Of a DNA stretch of 64,000 nt, positions 44,465 to 54,672 are shown one piece after another. The position numbers were made by a program, and so were the translations under genes. The stretch spans positions 23,127 through 87,126 of the forward strand of contig JAXMEV010000013.1 in the NCBI GenBank assembly GCA_046348125.1, given 5' to 3'. The notes below the pieces were generated by a model. That model saw only the letters and a list, made by a program, of their open reading frames with translations, was not told the origin of the DNA and ran no database searches. The stretch's first letter is position 1. Each line of letters begins with the position of its first letter. The stretch is from Rubrivivax sp. (GTDB taxonomy: Bacteria > Pseudomonadota > Gammaproteobacteria > Burkholderiales > Burkholderiaceae_C).

Positions 44465-45268
44465 TCACGGCGCCGTCGGCCAGTACTTGGTCTCGCTGAA
44501 GCCGCCATCGACGGCAAGCGTCTGGCCCGTGATGAAGGAGGCGTCGTCCGAACACAGGAACGCCACGGCCGCGGCAACCTCCTCGGGCGTACCGGTGCGC
44601 CCGAGCGGCGTCCCGCCGAGTACGGAGGCCTTGAACCATTCGTTGGACGCCAGGCGCTGGGCCGTCAGGGGCGTCGCGATGGCACCGGGTGCCACCGCGT
44701 TGACGCGCAGACCGCGCACGCCGTAGTCGGCAGCCATCTGGCGTGTCAGCCCGATCACGGCAGCCTTGCTGGCGGCATAGGGCGCACAGTTCTGGAATCC
44801 GCGCAGGCCGTTCACCGAGGCGATGTTCACGATCGCCGCGTGACGCGGCGCCGCCGCCTCCAGGAAGGCCCTGCTCAAGCGCATCAGCGCGCGCACGTTG
44901 ATGCTCAGGTAGCGATCGATGTCGGCGTCGCTGCTGGCGTGCAGTGGCTTGGCGTCACCGACCCCGGCGTTGTTGACCAGCAGCTCGGGCGCACCGAAGC
45001 TCGACCGGCAGCGCTCGACGATGCGCTGTGGTGCCGCGTCGTCGGCCAGGTCGACATCCAGCAACTCCAGACGATCCCGGTCAATGGGCGCACACGACTG
45101 CCGCGTTTGTTGCAGTCCGGTCGCGTCGCGGTCGGTCGCAAGCACGCGCGCGCCTTCGGCCAGCAGGCGCAATGCGATGGCTTGCCCGATGCCCGAGGCC
45201 GCTCCGGTGACGATTGCGTTTCGCTCGGCCAGGCGCTTGGCACCCGGTTGTCCGACGTTGCGCGTCAT
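44465..45268 (-). CDS. SDR family oxidoreductase (paralog of 43333-44091)
   Basis: TGAASGIG, NNAG, YAASKAAVIGLTRQMAADYG. Confidence 0.88.
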   Translation of the reverse strand: MTRNVGQPGAKRLAERNAIVTGAASGIGQAIALRLLAEGARVLATDRDATGLQQTRQSCAPIDRDRLELLDVDLADDAAPQRIVERCRSSFGAPELLVNNAGVGDAKPLHASSDADIDRYLSINVRALMRLSRAFLEAAAPRHAAIVNIASVNGLRGFQNCAPYAASKAAVIGLTRQMAADYGVRGLRVNAVAPGAIATPLTAQRLASNEWFKASVLGGTPLGRTGTPEEVAAAVAFLCSDDASFITGQTLAVDGGFSETKYWPTAP

Positions 45269-45524
45269 GGCCAGCGCCTCCGGTTGCGCACAGCACAGAC
45301 TCCAACCCAGGCCCAGAGAGGCGGAGCGGCGGCAACACCGCCGCGGCTCGAAGGGAACCCGGGGCGCATCGGCGGGCAACGCCGCTCGGCCTGAATCGCA
45401 TTCGCGAACTTCACCATGGATACATGCTTACGAAGCGGAAGACCGATTCTTGATTGACAGGACGGGTATCGTATAGGCGTTTTCCCTGAATCACAGGCTG
45501 CCGTGGACACATAGACTTCACTCT

Positions 45525-45534
45525 GTGTATACAC
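45525..45534. promoter_or_regulatory. Palindromic operator GTGTATACAC (putative GntR site)
   Basis: Perfect palindrome in a divergent promoter; a related CATGGATACATG lies at 45415-45426. Confidence 0.65.
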
Positions 45535-45644
45535 GATGAGCGTGGCTGCGGCGACTGAGGCTGTTTTTTCGCGCCTCGCCCACGGGCCGTACACCTGATT
45601 CACTCGCAACGCCACGCCGGCCTTGTCCGGCTCACGGAGAGACG

Positions 45645-46880
45645 ATGAAGACCAAGCACCTCTGGATTGCTGCTGCGGTAGCCGCGCTCGGGACGCCGGC
45701 TCATTCGGAGCCGCTGAAGATCGCCATGATCGAGGCCCTCTCGGGGCCGGCGGCACAGACCGGCATTGCCTTCACCGAGGGCATGCGCTACGGCGTCGAG
45801 AAGATGAACCAGGCCGGCGGCTTCAACGGCGCCAAGGTGCAGCTGCTCGAGTACGACAACCAGGGCGGGCCCACCGGCGCCGCCGACAAGCTGAAGACCG
45901 CGATTGCCGACGGTGCGCGCGTCGTCTCGTCTGCCTCGTCCTCGGCCGTCGCGGCGCAGCTCAGCGACGACATCCGAAAGTACAACCTGCGCAACCCGGG
46001 CAAGGAGATCATCTATCTGAACGTCGGCTCCGAGGCCTACGAGCTCACGGCGGAGAAGTGCCACTTCTGGTTCTTCCGCATGTCGACCAACCCCTACATC
46101 CGCATCAGCGCGCTGGTACAGGTGATGAAGGACACCGGCGTGCTCGGCGACAAGGTCTACTCGATCAACCAGAACTACTCGTACGGCAAGGACCACGAAC
46201 AAGCTCAGGCGGCGGCCGTCGCCAAGGCCGGCGCCAAGGTCGTCGAGTCGGTTCTGCACGACACCAACAAGATCCAGGACTTCTCGCCCTACGTGGCGAA
46301 GATCAAGGCCTCCGGCGCGCAGACCGTGCTCAGCGGCAACTGGGCCAACGACATCATCCTGCTGCTCAAGGCAGCCGGCGACGCCGGCCTGAAGGTGCGC
46401 TTCGGCAACACCTCGCTCGACACCCCGGGCACGCTCGGCAACGCAGGCAATGCCGCGCTGGGCGCGTACCTGGTGAAGATCTACAACCTGGAAGCCGGCG
46501 GCGACAAGGGCAAGGCCTTCATCGAGGACTTCAAGGCGAAGATCGGCCACTACCCCTACTCCGAGGAGCCGACCGCCGCGTTCGCGATGGGACACCTGGG
46601 AGCGGCGCTGAAGTCGCTGGACTTCAAGGGCGGCAACATCGACGCCGTCAAGCTTGCCGTCGCCTTGGAGAACACCACCTGGGAGTCGCCAATCGGAGCC
46701 TGGTCGGTGCGCAAGGAAGACCACCAGGCCATGCTGCCGATCACGGTCAGCGAGGTGAGCAAGAACGCGCGCTTCAAAGTCGACGGCACCGACATGGGTT
46801 TTCGCCTGCTGAAGGTGGTGTCGGCCCAGGACGCAGCGGTGCCGGTGGCCAAGAGCTGCACGATCAAGCGTCCCGAGTGA
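45645..46880 (+). CDS. Liv-type ABC transporter substrate-binding protein
   Basis: Signal peptide, ALSGP, DFSPYVAKIKASGA, GNW.ND, DHQA. Confidence 0.9.
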   Translation: MKTKHLWIAAAVAALGTPAHSEPLKIAMIEALSGPAAQTGIAFTEGMRYGVEKMNQAGGFNGAKVQLLEYDNQGGPTGAADKLKTAIADGARVVSSASSSAVAAQLSDDIRKYNLRNPGKEIIYLNVGSEAYELTAEKCHFWFFRMSTNPYIRISALVQVMKDTGVLGDKVYSINQNYSYGKDHEQAQAAAVAKAGAKVVESVLHDTNKIQDFSPYVAKIKASGAQTVLSGNWANDIILLLKAAGDAGLKVRFGNTSLDTPGTLGNAGNAALGAYLVKIYNLEAGGDKGKAFIEDFKAKIGHYPYSEEPTAAFAMGHLGAALKSLDFKGGNIDAVKLAVALENTTWESPIGAWSVRKEDHQAMLPITVSEVSKNARFKVDGTDMGFRLLKVVSAQDAAVPVAKSCTIKRPE

Positions 46881-47089
46881 TCGGCACGGGGTCGGAGGCC
46901 CCCGTGCGGCACGAGCGCGCGGGGCCGGCAGGGCCCGCCCCGGCCGTTGGTCCGGCGTTCGACGTCTCGAGCGACGGTGTCGGCGCCGGCTTGCCGGCCA
47001 AACGATGGGCGGCCCCGGCAGCCGCGCCGTCGTCGCCTTGCCGAATCGCCCGTGCCCCTCGTGAGCGTCCGCCGGTGTGAGGTCTGCGC

Positions 47090-48031
47090 GTGGAGTTCTT
47101 CAGCGTCTCGTTGCTCAACGGCCTGATCTACGGCCTCATCCTGTTTGCCGTATCGGCCGGCCTGACGCTGATCTTCGGCATGATGGGCGTCATCAACTTC
47201 GCCCATGCGTCGTTCTACATGCTGGGCGCCTACCTGGCCTACTCCCTGGGCGGCGTGTTCGGCTTCTGGTGGGCGATCGTGCTCGCGCCGCTGGCTGTCG
47301 GCGTGATCGGCATGGGCGTCGAGCGCTACATGCTGCGCCGCGTGCACGCGCACGGGCACGCCCACGAACTGCTTCTGACCTTCGGCCTGGCCTTCGTCTT
47401 CGAAGAGCTGATGAAGATGCTGTATGGCAACTACGCCGTCAACTACCGCCCGCCGGCGCAGCTGCAGTTTCCCGTCTTCTCGCTGTTCAGCACCGAGTTC
47501 CAGTTCTACCGGATCTTCGTCGGTCTCACCGCGCTGCTGATGTTCGCCATCCTGTTCTGCCTGCTGCGCTACACGCGGGTGGGCATCGTCGTGCGCGCGG
47601 CCGTCAGGCTGCCGAAGATGGTCGGCGCGCTCGGGCACAACGTGCCGGCGGTCTTCATGGGCGTGTTCGGGCTCGGGGCCTGGATGGCCGGGCTGGCCGG
47701 CGCCGTCGGCGGCGCGCTGCTCACGACCAACCCCAACATGGCGCTCGAGCTCGGCGTGATCGTGTTCGTCGTCGTCGTCGTCGGTGGTCTGGGCTCGCTC
47801 GAAGGCGCCCTCATCGCCTCGCTGATGATCGGTGTGCTGACTTCGTTCTCGGTCGGTCTCGATTTCTCGATCGCCGACATGCTGGCCTGGGTCGGCCTGC
47901 GCGAGCAGGCGGCGGCCATGGGCGACTTCATGACCGTCAAGCTGTCCACCTATTCGGCGGCCATCCCGGTGCTGCTGATGCTGATCGTCCTGCTCGTCCG
48001 CCCGGCGGGCCTCATGGGCGAGCGCAATTGA
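47090..48031 (+). CDS. Liv-type ABC permease (LivH-like)
   Basis: GLTLIFGMMGVINFAH, VVVVGGLGS, RPAGLMG. Confidence 0.9.
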   Translation: MEFFSVSLLNGLIYGLILFAVSAGLTLIFGMMGVINFAHASFYMLGAYLAYSLGGVFGFWWAIVLAPLAVGVIGMGVERYMLRRVHAHGHAHELLLTFGLAFVFEELMKMLYGNYAVNYRPPAQLQFPVFSLFSTEFQFYRIFVGLTALLMFAILFCLLRYTRVGIVVRAAVRLPKMVGALGHNVPAVFMGVFGLGAWMAGLAGAVGGALLTTNPNMALELGVIVFVVVVVGGLGSLEGALIASLMIGVLTSFSVGLDFSIADMLAWVGLREQAAAMGDFMTVKLSTYSAAIPVLLMLIVLLVRPAGLMGERN

Positions 48032-48043
48032 CGTCATGACGAC

Positions 48044-49303
48044 ATGAGTCCCACCAAGACCAAGGCGGCCCTGAGCTACACCGGACTGCTGGTCCTGCTG
48101 CTGGCCCTGCCCGCCTGGCTGGCTCCGCACTGGGTCGGCGCGATGTCCTCGATGCTGGTCGCGGCGCTGTTCGCGCTCGCCTTCAGCTTGCTGATGGGCC
48201 AGGGCGGCATGCTGTCCTTCGGCCATGGCGCCTACTTCGCGATCGGCTGCTTCGCCACGGTGCACGGCATGCACGCTGCCGAGACGGGCGCGTGGAACCT
48301 GCCCACGCCCCTGCTGCCGCTGGTGGGCGGCGCGGCAGGCCTGGCCGCCGGCGCCGTCGCCGGCTTCTTCGCGACCCTGCGCAGCGGCGTCTACTTCTCG
48401 ATGGTCACGCTGGCGATCGCCGAGCTGCTGCACACGGTCGCTCCGAACATCCAGCGCGTCTTCGGCGGCGAGACCGGCATTTCGTCCATGCGCCAGCCCT
48501 GGGCCGGCATCGGCTTCGGCTCCGAGCGCGAGGTCTACTACCTGGTGCTCGCCTGGTTCGTGCTCAGCGTGCTGGCGATGTACGCCTACACGCGCACCAG
48601 TTTCGGCCGGCTCACCGTCGCGCTGCGCGAGAACGAGCGTCGCGTGGCCTTTCTCGGCTTCAACGTGCACCGTACGAAGAACCTCGTGTTCTCCGTCTCG
48701 TGCATGTTCGCCGGCATCGCCGGCGGGCTGCTGGCGCTGACGACGGAAAGCGCCAACTACCTGCTCTTCGGCATGAGCTATTCGGCCAACGTGGTGCTGT
48801 TCAGCTACATCGGCGGCATCGGCACCTTCATCGGGCCGGCGGTCGGCGCGGCGACGATGACGCTGTTCGGCTTCGCCGTTTCCGACCTGACGCGCCAGTG
48901 GCTGCTGTACCAGGGGCTGATCTTCGTCGTCGTCATGATGTACGCGCCGGCCGGTCTGGTCGACCTCGTCGCGCGATCGATGCGCGGCCTCGTCCGCCAC
49001 GAGGGTCGATCGGCTGCCGAGCGGCTGCTGATGCTGCTGACGGTGGCCGTGATCGGGGCCGCGACGGTCTTCCTGTGCGAACTGGCCGGCCGGGTGTTGT
49101 CGCGTGACTATCAGGCCGCGCGGATGCGCAGCGGCAGCTGGGAGCCCGTCACGCTGTTCTGGCAGCAGTGGCAGCCGGATCGACTCGCGACCTGGCTGCT
49201 GCCGGCGGCGGCACTCGCCATCGCTGCCGCCTTCATCGTCCATCGGGTGCGGCCGATCAGGCCGCGCCTGCAGTCCGTGCCGCTGCAGGGGTCCGGAGCA
49301 TGA
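48044..49303 (+). CDS. Liv-type ABC permease (LivM-like)
   Basis: GQGGMLSFGH, YFSMVTLA, ALRENE, GGIGTFIGP. Confidence 0.9.
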   Translation: MSPTKTKAALSYTGLLVLLLALPAWLAPHWVGAMSSMLVAALFALAFSLLMGQGGMLSFGHGAYFAIGCFATVHGMHAAETGAWNLPTPLLPLVGGAAGLAAGAVAGFFATLRSGVYFSMVTLAIAELLHTVAPNIQRVFGGETGISSMRQPWAGIGFGSEREVYYLVLAWFVLSVLAMYAYTRTSFGRLTVALRENERRVAFLGFNVHRTKNLVFSVSCMFAGIAGGLLALTTESANYLLFGMSYSANVVLFSYIGGIGTFIGPAVGAATMTLFGFAVSDLTRQWLLYQGLIFVVVMMYAPAGLVDLVARSMRGLVRHEGRSAAERLLMLLTVAVIGAATVFLCELAGRVLSRDYQAARMRSGSWEPVTLFWQQWQPDRLATWLLPAAALAIAAAFIVHRVRPIRPRLQSVPLQGSGA

Positions 49304-50049
49304 GCGGCCGCATCGCCATCCGCAAGCTGCGCAAGAACTTCGGCGGCACCGAGATCATTCGCGATCTGAGCCTCGAGGTGGCAGCCGGCGAGCGGCACGC
49401 GATCATCGGTCCGAACGGAGCCGGCAAGTCGACCCTGTTCCACCTCGTCACCGGGCTGTTGCAGCCCAGCGGCGGCAGCATCGAGCTCAACGGCGAGGAG
49501 ATCGCCGGGCTGCCGCCGCACACGATCAACCGCAAGGGCCTGTGCCGCTCGTTCCAGATCACGAGCATCTTTCCGCGCATGACGGTGTTCGACAACCTGT
49601 GCGTCGCGACCATGGCCCGGCACGGCGACCGCTTCGGCCTGTTCCGGCTCGCGCGGCGCGCACGCGGCGTCGACGAGGACGCCGAGGAACTGCTCGAGCT
49701 GTGCCGATTGAAGTCGGTGCGCGACGCGCGTGCCGGCGATCTGACCTATTCGGAGCAGCGCGCGCTCGAGATCGCGATGGCCCTCGGGCCGGGGGGAGAC
49801 GTCATCCTGCTCGACGAGCCCACGGCCGGCATGTCGGCCGACGAGTCGCGCTACATCGTCGAGCTGGTGCGCCGGGTCACGCAGGGCAAGACGCTGATGG
49901 TGATCGAGCACGACATGGACGTCGTGTTTTCGCTCGCCGACCGCATCTCCGTCCTCGTCTACGGCCAGATCATCGCCACCGGCGAACCGCAGGCGATCCG
50001 CGACAACGCGGCCGTCCAGGAGGCCTACCTCGGCGAGGCGCACGCATGA
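49300..50049 (+). CDS. Liv-type ABC ATPase (LivG-like)
   Basis: GPNGAGKST, LLDEPTAG, IEHDM, EAYLG. Confidence 0.92.
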   Translation: MSGRIAIRKLRKNFGGTEIIRDLSLEVAAGERHAIIGPNGAGKSTLFHLVTGLLQPSGGSIELNGEEIAGLPPHTINRKGLCRSFQITSIFPRMTVFDNLCVATMARHGDRFGLFRLARRARGVDEDAEELLELCRLKSVRDARAGDLTYSEQRALEIAMALGPGGDVILLDEPTAGMSADESRYIVELVRRVTQGKTLMVIEHDMDVVFSLADRISVLVYGQIIATGEPQAIRDNAAVQEAYLGEAHA

Positions 50050-50756
50050 GCCTGCTCCAAGTCGCCGAACTGCACGCGCACTACGACAAGATCCACGTCC
50101 TCGCGGGCGTGAACCTGCGCATCGACGACAACGAGATCGTGAGCGTCCTCGGACGCAACGGCTCCGGCCGCTCGACGATGCTCAAGTCGCTGATCGGGCT
50201 GGTGCCGCCCACGGCAGGGTCGGTGCGGCTGGCGGGACGTGAGCTGGTCGGCCTGCTGCCCCACCGCATCGCCAAGGCGGGCCTGGGCTACGTGCCCGAA
50301 GAGCGACTGATCTTCCCCAATCTCACGGTGCAGGAAAACCTCGAGATCGGTCTGCAGCCGGCCGCCGGCGGCCGGCGGCCGTGGGCGATCGGGCAGATGT
50401 ACGAGTTCTTTCCGCGCCTGCTGGAGCGTCGCGGCACGAAGGCGGGCAACCTCTCCGGCGGCGAGCAGCAGATGCTCACGCTGTGCCGTTCGCTGCTGGG
50501 CAATCCGAGCGTGCTGATGATCGACGAGCCGACGGAGGGGCTGGCGCCGAAGATCGTCCGGCAACTGGTCGACGTCATGCTGGAGATCAACCGCAGGGGC
50601 GTGGCGATCGTGCTCGTCGAGCAGAAGATGACCGTCGCGCTGCAGGTGGCGCACCGCTGCCTGATCATGGGCCGCGGGCAGATCGTCTTCGAAGGCACGC
50701 CGCAGCAGCTGCGCGAGGATGCCTCCGTCCGGCGCAACTGGCTCGAGGTGGCGTGA
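50046..50756 (+). CDS. Liv-type ABC ATPase (LivF-like)
   Basis: GRNGSGRST, VPEER, LSGGEQQML, DEPTEGLAP. Confidence 0.9.
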   Translation: MSLLQVAELHAHYDKIHVLAGVNLRIDDNEIVSVLGRNGSGRSTMLKSLIGLVPPTAGSVRLAGRELVGLLPHRIAKAGLGYVPEERLIFPNLTVQENLEIGLQPAAGGRRPWAIGQMYEFFPRLLERRGTKAGNLSGGEQQMLTLCRSLLGNPSVLMIDEPTEGLAPKIVRQLVDVMLEINRRGVAIVLVEQKMTVALQVAHRCLIMGRGQIVFEGTPQQLREDASVRRNWLEVA

Positions 50757-50778
50757 GAGCCCGTGACGACTTCAATCC

Positions 50779-51609
50779 ATGGCGTCGACTTCCGAGATGG
50801 GCATGCACGAGATCGACTTTCCCCGACCGCTCCCGAGCGGCCCGCGGCTCGCCGACAAGGTCGCCGTCGTGACCGGCGGCGCTTCGGGCTTCGGGGCGGC
50901 GATCGCCAGCCGTTTCGCGCGCGAGGGCGCCCGCGTCGTGGTCGCCGATCTCGCGGGCCCGGCCGGCGAGGCACTGGCCGCGCACCTGCGCTCCGAAGGC
51001 CTGCAGGCCCTGGCCTGCCGGGTCGACGTTGCAGACGGCACCTCGATGCAACGGCTGGTCGAATTCGCGACCGCGTCCTTCGGCGGGCTCGACGTCTTCG
51101 TGAACAACGCCGGCATCGCGCAGCGCTACGTGCCCTGCCACACCGTCACCGAGGCCGAGTACGACCGCCTGTTCGACGTCAACATGAAGTCCCTCTACTG
51201 GTGCGCGGTGAAGGCGGTGCCGGTGATGGCGGCACGCGGCGGCGTCATCCTCAGCACGACCTCGATCTCGGCCATCCGTCCGCGGCCGGACATCGCCTGG
51301 TACTGCGCCTCCAAGGGCGCGGCGGTGGCGGCCACCAAGGCGCTGGCACTCGAGCTGGCACCCAAGCGCATCCGCGTCAATTGCCTGGCGCCGGTGGCCG
51401 CCGACACGCCGCTGCTCGCCGCGGCGCTGAGCTCCTACGGCGACGAGCGCGAGCAGGCGCGGCTGCGCGAAGGCTTCGCCGCCAACATCCCTCTCGGGCG
51501 CCTGTGCGATGTGCAGGACATGGCCAGCGCCGCCCTCTTCCTGGCCTCCGACGAGGCCGCATTCCTCACCGGCGTCTGCCTGGAAGTGGACGGAGGAAGA
51601 AGCATCTGA
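50779..51609 (+). CDS. SDR family oxidoreductase
   Basis: TGGASGFG, NNAG, WYCASKG, EVDGGRSI. Confidence 0.9.
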   Translation: MASTSEMGMHEIDFPRPLPSGPRLADKVAVVTGGASGFGAAIASRFAREGARVVVADLAGPAGEALAAHLRSEGLQALACRVDVADGTSMQRLVEFATASFGGLDVFVNNAGIAQRYVPCHTVTEAEYDRLFDVNMKSLYWCAVKAVPVMAARGGVILSTTSISAIRPRPDIAWYCASKGAAVAATKALALELAPKRIRVNCLAPVAADTPLLAAALSSYGDEREQARLREGFAANIPLGRLCDVQDMASAALFLASDEAAFLTGVCLEVDGGRSI

Positions 51610-51625
51610 AGACGGACCGCCGACC

Positions 51626-52849
51626 ATGAGCCAAGCCCCCGCATCCCGCGCCGCAGCATGGCTGATGCAGCCGCTGCGGCTGCGCGAAGTCACGCTGCGC
51701 AACCGCGTCGCCATCTCGCCGATGTGTACCTACGCGGCCGCCGTGGGCATGGCCAACGACTTCCACCTCGTGCACCTGGGGCGCTTCGCGATCGGCGGCG
51801 CCGGACTGGTGTTCGTCGAAGTCACGGCGGTGCAGGCCGAGGGCCGCACCTCGCACGGCGACCTCGGGCTCTGGAACGACGGACAGGTCGCCCCGCTGGC
51901 GCGCGTCGCCGGCTTCCTGCGCGAGCAGGGCGCGACGCCCGGCATCCAGATCGGACACGCCGGACGCAGGGCCAGCGCGCAGCGGCCGTTCCAGGGCGGC
52001 GGCCCGATCGGCGAGCGCGACATCGCGCGCGGCGAACCGCCCTGGCAGACGATCTCCGCCAGTGCCGTGCCGTTCGGCCCCGGCTGGATGCCGCCGCGCG
52101 CGATGACGTTGTCCGATCTCGCGCAGCTGCGGCGCGACTTCGCGGCCGCAGCCGAGCGCGCCGGCCGCGCCGGCTTCCAGCTGCTCGAGATCCACGCCGC
52201 ACACGGCTATCTGCTGCACAGCTTCCTGTCGCCGCACACCAACCGGCGCCGCGACGCCTACGGCGGCGGCCTCGCCAACCGCATGCGCCTGCTGCTCGAG
52301 GTCATCGAGGCGGTGCGCGAGCGCTGGCCGTCGTCGCTGCCGCTGTCGGTGCGGATCTCGTCGGTCGACGACCTCGAAGGCGGCTGGAGCATCGAAGACT
52401 CGGTCACGCTCGCGCACGAGATGAAGCGGCGCGGCGTCGACCTCGTCGACTGCTCGTCCGGCGGCATCGCCGGCTCGCCCACCGCTTCGACCGTGCCGCG
52501 CGACTACGGCTTTCAGCTGCCATACGCCGAACGCGTGCGACGCGACGCCGCAATCGCCACCATCGCCGTCGGGCTCATCGTCGACCCTCGGCAGGCCGAG
52601 GCCGCGCTGCAGGCCGGCCAGGCCGACTTGATCGCCATCGCCCGCCAGGCGTTGCAGGAACCGAACTGGGCGCTCCAGGCGGCCGTCGCGCTCGGCACCG
52701 ATGCGCCGCCGGCGCAGCGCTTCGACTCGTGGCCCGAATGCTTCGGCTGGTGGCTGGCGCGCCGGGCCGTCGTGCTCGAGCGCCTGGGCTCCTGGCAGGC
52801 GCCCTCCGCGCAGCCTGGACACGACTCCGGCACGCCCGGCAGCGACTGA
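51626..52849 (+). CDS. NADH:flavin oxidoreductase (old yellow enzyme, YqjM/XenA-like)
   Basis: LRNRVAISPMCTY, QIGHAGRRAS, IHAAHGYLLHSFLSP, YGG..NR. Confidence 0.9.
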   Translation: MSQAPASRAAAWLMQPLRLREVTLRNRVAISPMCTYAAAVGMANDFHLVHLGRFAIGGAGLVFVEVTAVQAEGRTSHGDLGLWNDGQVAPLARVAGFLREQGATPGIQIGHAGRRASAQRPFQGGGPIGERDIARGEPPWQTISASAVPFGPGWMPPRAMTLSDLAQLRRDFAAAAERAGRAGFQLLEIHAAHGYLLHSFLSPHTNRRRDAYGGGLANRMRLLLEVIEAVRERWPSSLPLSVRISSVDDLEGGWSIEDSVTLAHEMKRRGVDLVDCSSGGIAGSPTASTVPRDYGFQLPYAERVRRDAAIATIAVGLIVDPRQAEAALQAGQADLIAIARQALQEPNWALQAAVALGTDAPPAQRFDSWPECFGWWLARRAVVLERLGSWQAPSAQPGHDSGTPGSD

Positions 52850-52850
52850 A

Positions 52851-52876
52851 GCGGCTGCGCCCGAGGGCGCAGCCGC
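52851..52876. terminator. Perfect hairpin between convergent OYE and GntR genes
   Basis: GCGGCTGCGCC-CGAG-GGCGCAGCCGC 11-bp stem. Confidence 0.6.
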
Positions 52877-52879
52877 GCC

Positions 52880-53599
52880 TCAGGCACCGACCGCGGCAAG
52901 CTTCGCCGGCCTGACGCGGCGCGTGCTGGCGTCCTCGCCAAGCAGATTCTGGTAGTTGGCTCGGAAGATGATGCCCGAGTAGTACACATGCTCGCGCATC
53001 AACTCCTCCGCCCGCCCGCTGTCGCGCGCCAGCACGGCCTCGACGATGCGGTGGTGGTCGCCGTGCGAGCGCAGGATGGTCGGGTGATCGTCCCAGAGAA
53101 TGATGCGGTCCGACGCGAACGGGATGTTCTGCGCCTGCTCGGCGAAGCGCGTCACCCAGCGGTTGCCCGAAGCCTCGATCAGCGTGTTGTGGACAGCCAC
53201 GTTCATCTCCTGGTAGGGCGCGTGGTCCTCGGGCCGCAACTTGCCGCAGGCCAGGATGCGGTCGCCCTCCGCGAGGTTCGCCTTCAGGCTGCGCGTCTGC
53301 GCCTCCGTGAGCCCGCGGATCGCCGCACTTCGGCAGGCCAGGCCTTCCAGCACCGACCTGACCTCGTAGGCGGCGACGATGTCGTCGATGTCGAAGCTGC
53401 GCACGACATAGCCGCGCTTGGGTTGATGGTTGATCAGCCCTTCGTTGGCCAGCGTGGCGAGCGCCGCGCGCACCGGTGTGCGCGACACGCCCAGCTGCTC
53501 GGCGAGCGGCACCTCCTCGAGACGCGCGTTGGGACGCACCTGTCCATGCAGGATCCAGTCGCGCAATTGCTCGGTCACGCTCTGGGCGAGTGTCTGCAT
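52880..53599 (-). CDS. GntR family regulator (FadR/VanR-like, FCD domain)
   Basis: wHTH LAEQLGVSRTPVRAAL, R.VLEG, H..L...SGN, HHRIVEA, MREH. Confidence 0.92.
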   Translation of the reverse strand: MQTLAQSVTEQLRDWILHGQVRPNARLEEVPLAEQLGVSRTPVRAALATLANEGLINHQPKRGYVVRSFDIDDIVAAYEVRSVLEGLACRSAAIRGLTEAQTRSLKANLAEGDRILACGKLRPEDHAPYQEMNVAVHNTLIEASGNRWVTRFAEQAQNIPFASDRIILWDDHPTILRSHGDHHRIVEAVLARDSGRAEELMREHVYYSGIIFRANYQNLLGEDASTRRVRPAKLAAVGA

Positions 53600-53715
53600 G
53601 GTCTGCGCGTCAAAGTGGCGGCAGACAAGTATACGTAGCTGTCAAGCTCAAGTATCCATATCGACGGCGCTGTCTGGGGAAAACTAGGGAAAGCCCTATT
53701 CCAGTGACCGTCACA

Positions 53716-53723
53716 TGTATACA
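53716..53723. promoter_or_regulatory. TGTATACA operator in the GntR/SDR divergent promoter
   Basis: CATGTATACACA; a second GTATAC core at 53629-53634. Confidence 0.6.
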
Positions 53724-53756
53724 CACTGCCGCCATTCCGTCTCCGGCGACCACGAG

Positions 53757-54617
53757 ATGAACTACGACAACAGGGCAACGGCCGAGCACGGTTGCGGCGG
53801 CGGCTGGCTCGGCTTCGAGGACCGGCTGTGCGTGGTCACCGGCGCCGGCGGCGGTATCGGCGCCGAAATCGCCAGCCAGTTGATCGAGGTCGGCGCGCGC
53901 GTCGCCCTGCTCGACCGCAACGAGGAGGCCGTGACCAAGGTGGCGGCTGGCCTGGCCGGCGGCGCCGGGCGAGCGATGGCGATCCACTGCGACGTGACGA
54001 GCGCGCAGAGCATCGAGGCCGCCGCCGCGCAGGTTCAGGCCGCCTGGGGACCGGCCGCCGTGCTGGTGAACAACGCCGCCTCGCTGTATGCCGATGCGCT
54101 GATGGACATCCAGCTCGAGAGCTGGAACCAGCTGCTGGCCGTCAACCTCACCGGCTATCTGCTGTGCGCGCAGGCCTTCGGCCGCCAGATGATCGCGCAC
54201 GGCAGCGGCTGCATGGTGCACGTGGCCTCAATCGCGGCCACGGTGCCGCAACCGTACAGCGGCGCCTACAGCGTCAGCAAAGCCGGCGTCAAGATGCTCT
54301 CGCAGTTGCTGGCAGTGGAGCTCGGCGAACACGGGGTGCGCAGCAACGTGGTCAGCCCGGCGATGATCCGCACGCCGATGAGCGAAGGCATCTACGAGGA
54401 TTCGGACGTGCTTCGCTACCGCGAGCAGATCGTCCCCGCGCGGCGCATCAGCACGCCGAGCGACATCGCCGGCGCCGTGCTGTTCCTGGCCAGTGACCGC
54501 GCCAGCTACATCAGCGGCCAGGAGATCCTGGTCGACGGCGGTCTGGCGCAGGCCTGGTTGAACCTGATCCCGCGTCCCGGCTTCCGCAAGCAGGACCTGG
54601 CCGCCTCCGGCGGCTGA
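53757..54617 (+). CDS. SDR family oxidoreductase
   Basis: TGAGGGIG, NNAA, YSVSK, VDGG. Confidence 0.9.
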   Translation: MNYDNRATAEHGCGGGWLGFEDRLCVVTGAGGGIGAEIASQLIEVGARVALLDRNEEAVTKVAAGLAGGAGRAMAIHCDVTSAQSIEAAAAQVQAAWGPAAVLVNNAASLYADALMDIQLESWNQLLAVNLTGYLLCAQAFGRQMIAHGSGCMVHVASIAATVPQPYSGAYSVSKAGVKMLSQLLAVELGEHGVRSNVVSPAMIRTPMSEGIYEDSDVLRYREQIVPARRISTPSDIAGAVLFLASDRASYISGQEILVDGGLAQAWLNLIPRPGFRKQDLAASGG

Positions 54618-54672
54618 GACTCGCTGCCTCGGCGCCATCCCTTTCCAGCCCGCACCCTCACCGGAGAGAACC

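Noticed and set aside
46881-47089. 209-bp GC-rich gap after the first binding-protein gene as an ncRNA
   Set aside because: Only weak hairpins, typical of intercistronic stabilisers after binding-protein genes; no recognisable RNA family motif.
50046-50756. Walker A GRNGSGRST (Lys->Arg) as a sign of a dead ATPase
   Set aside because: This variant is recurrent in this LivF subfamily and the other motifs are intact.
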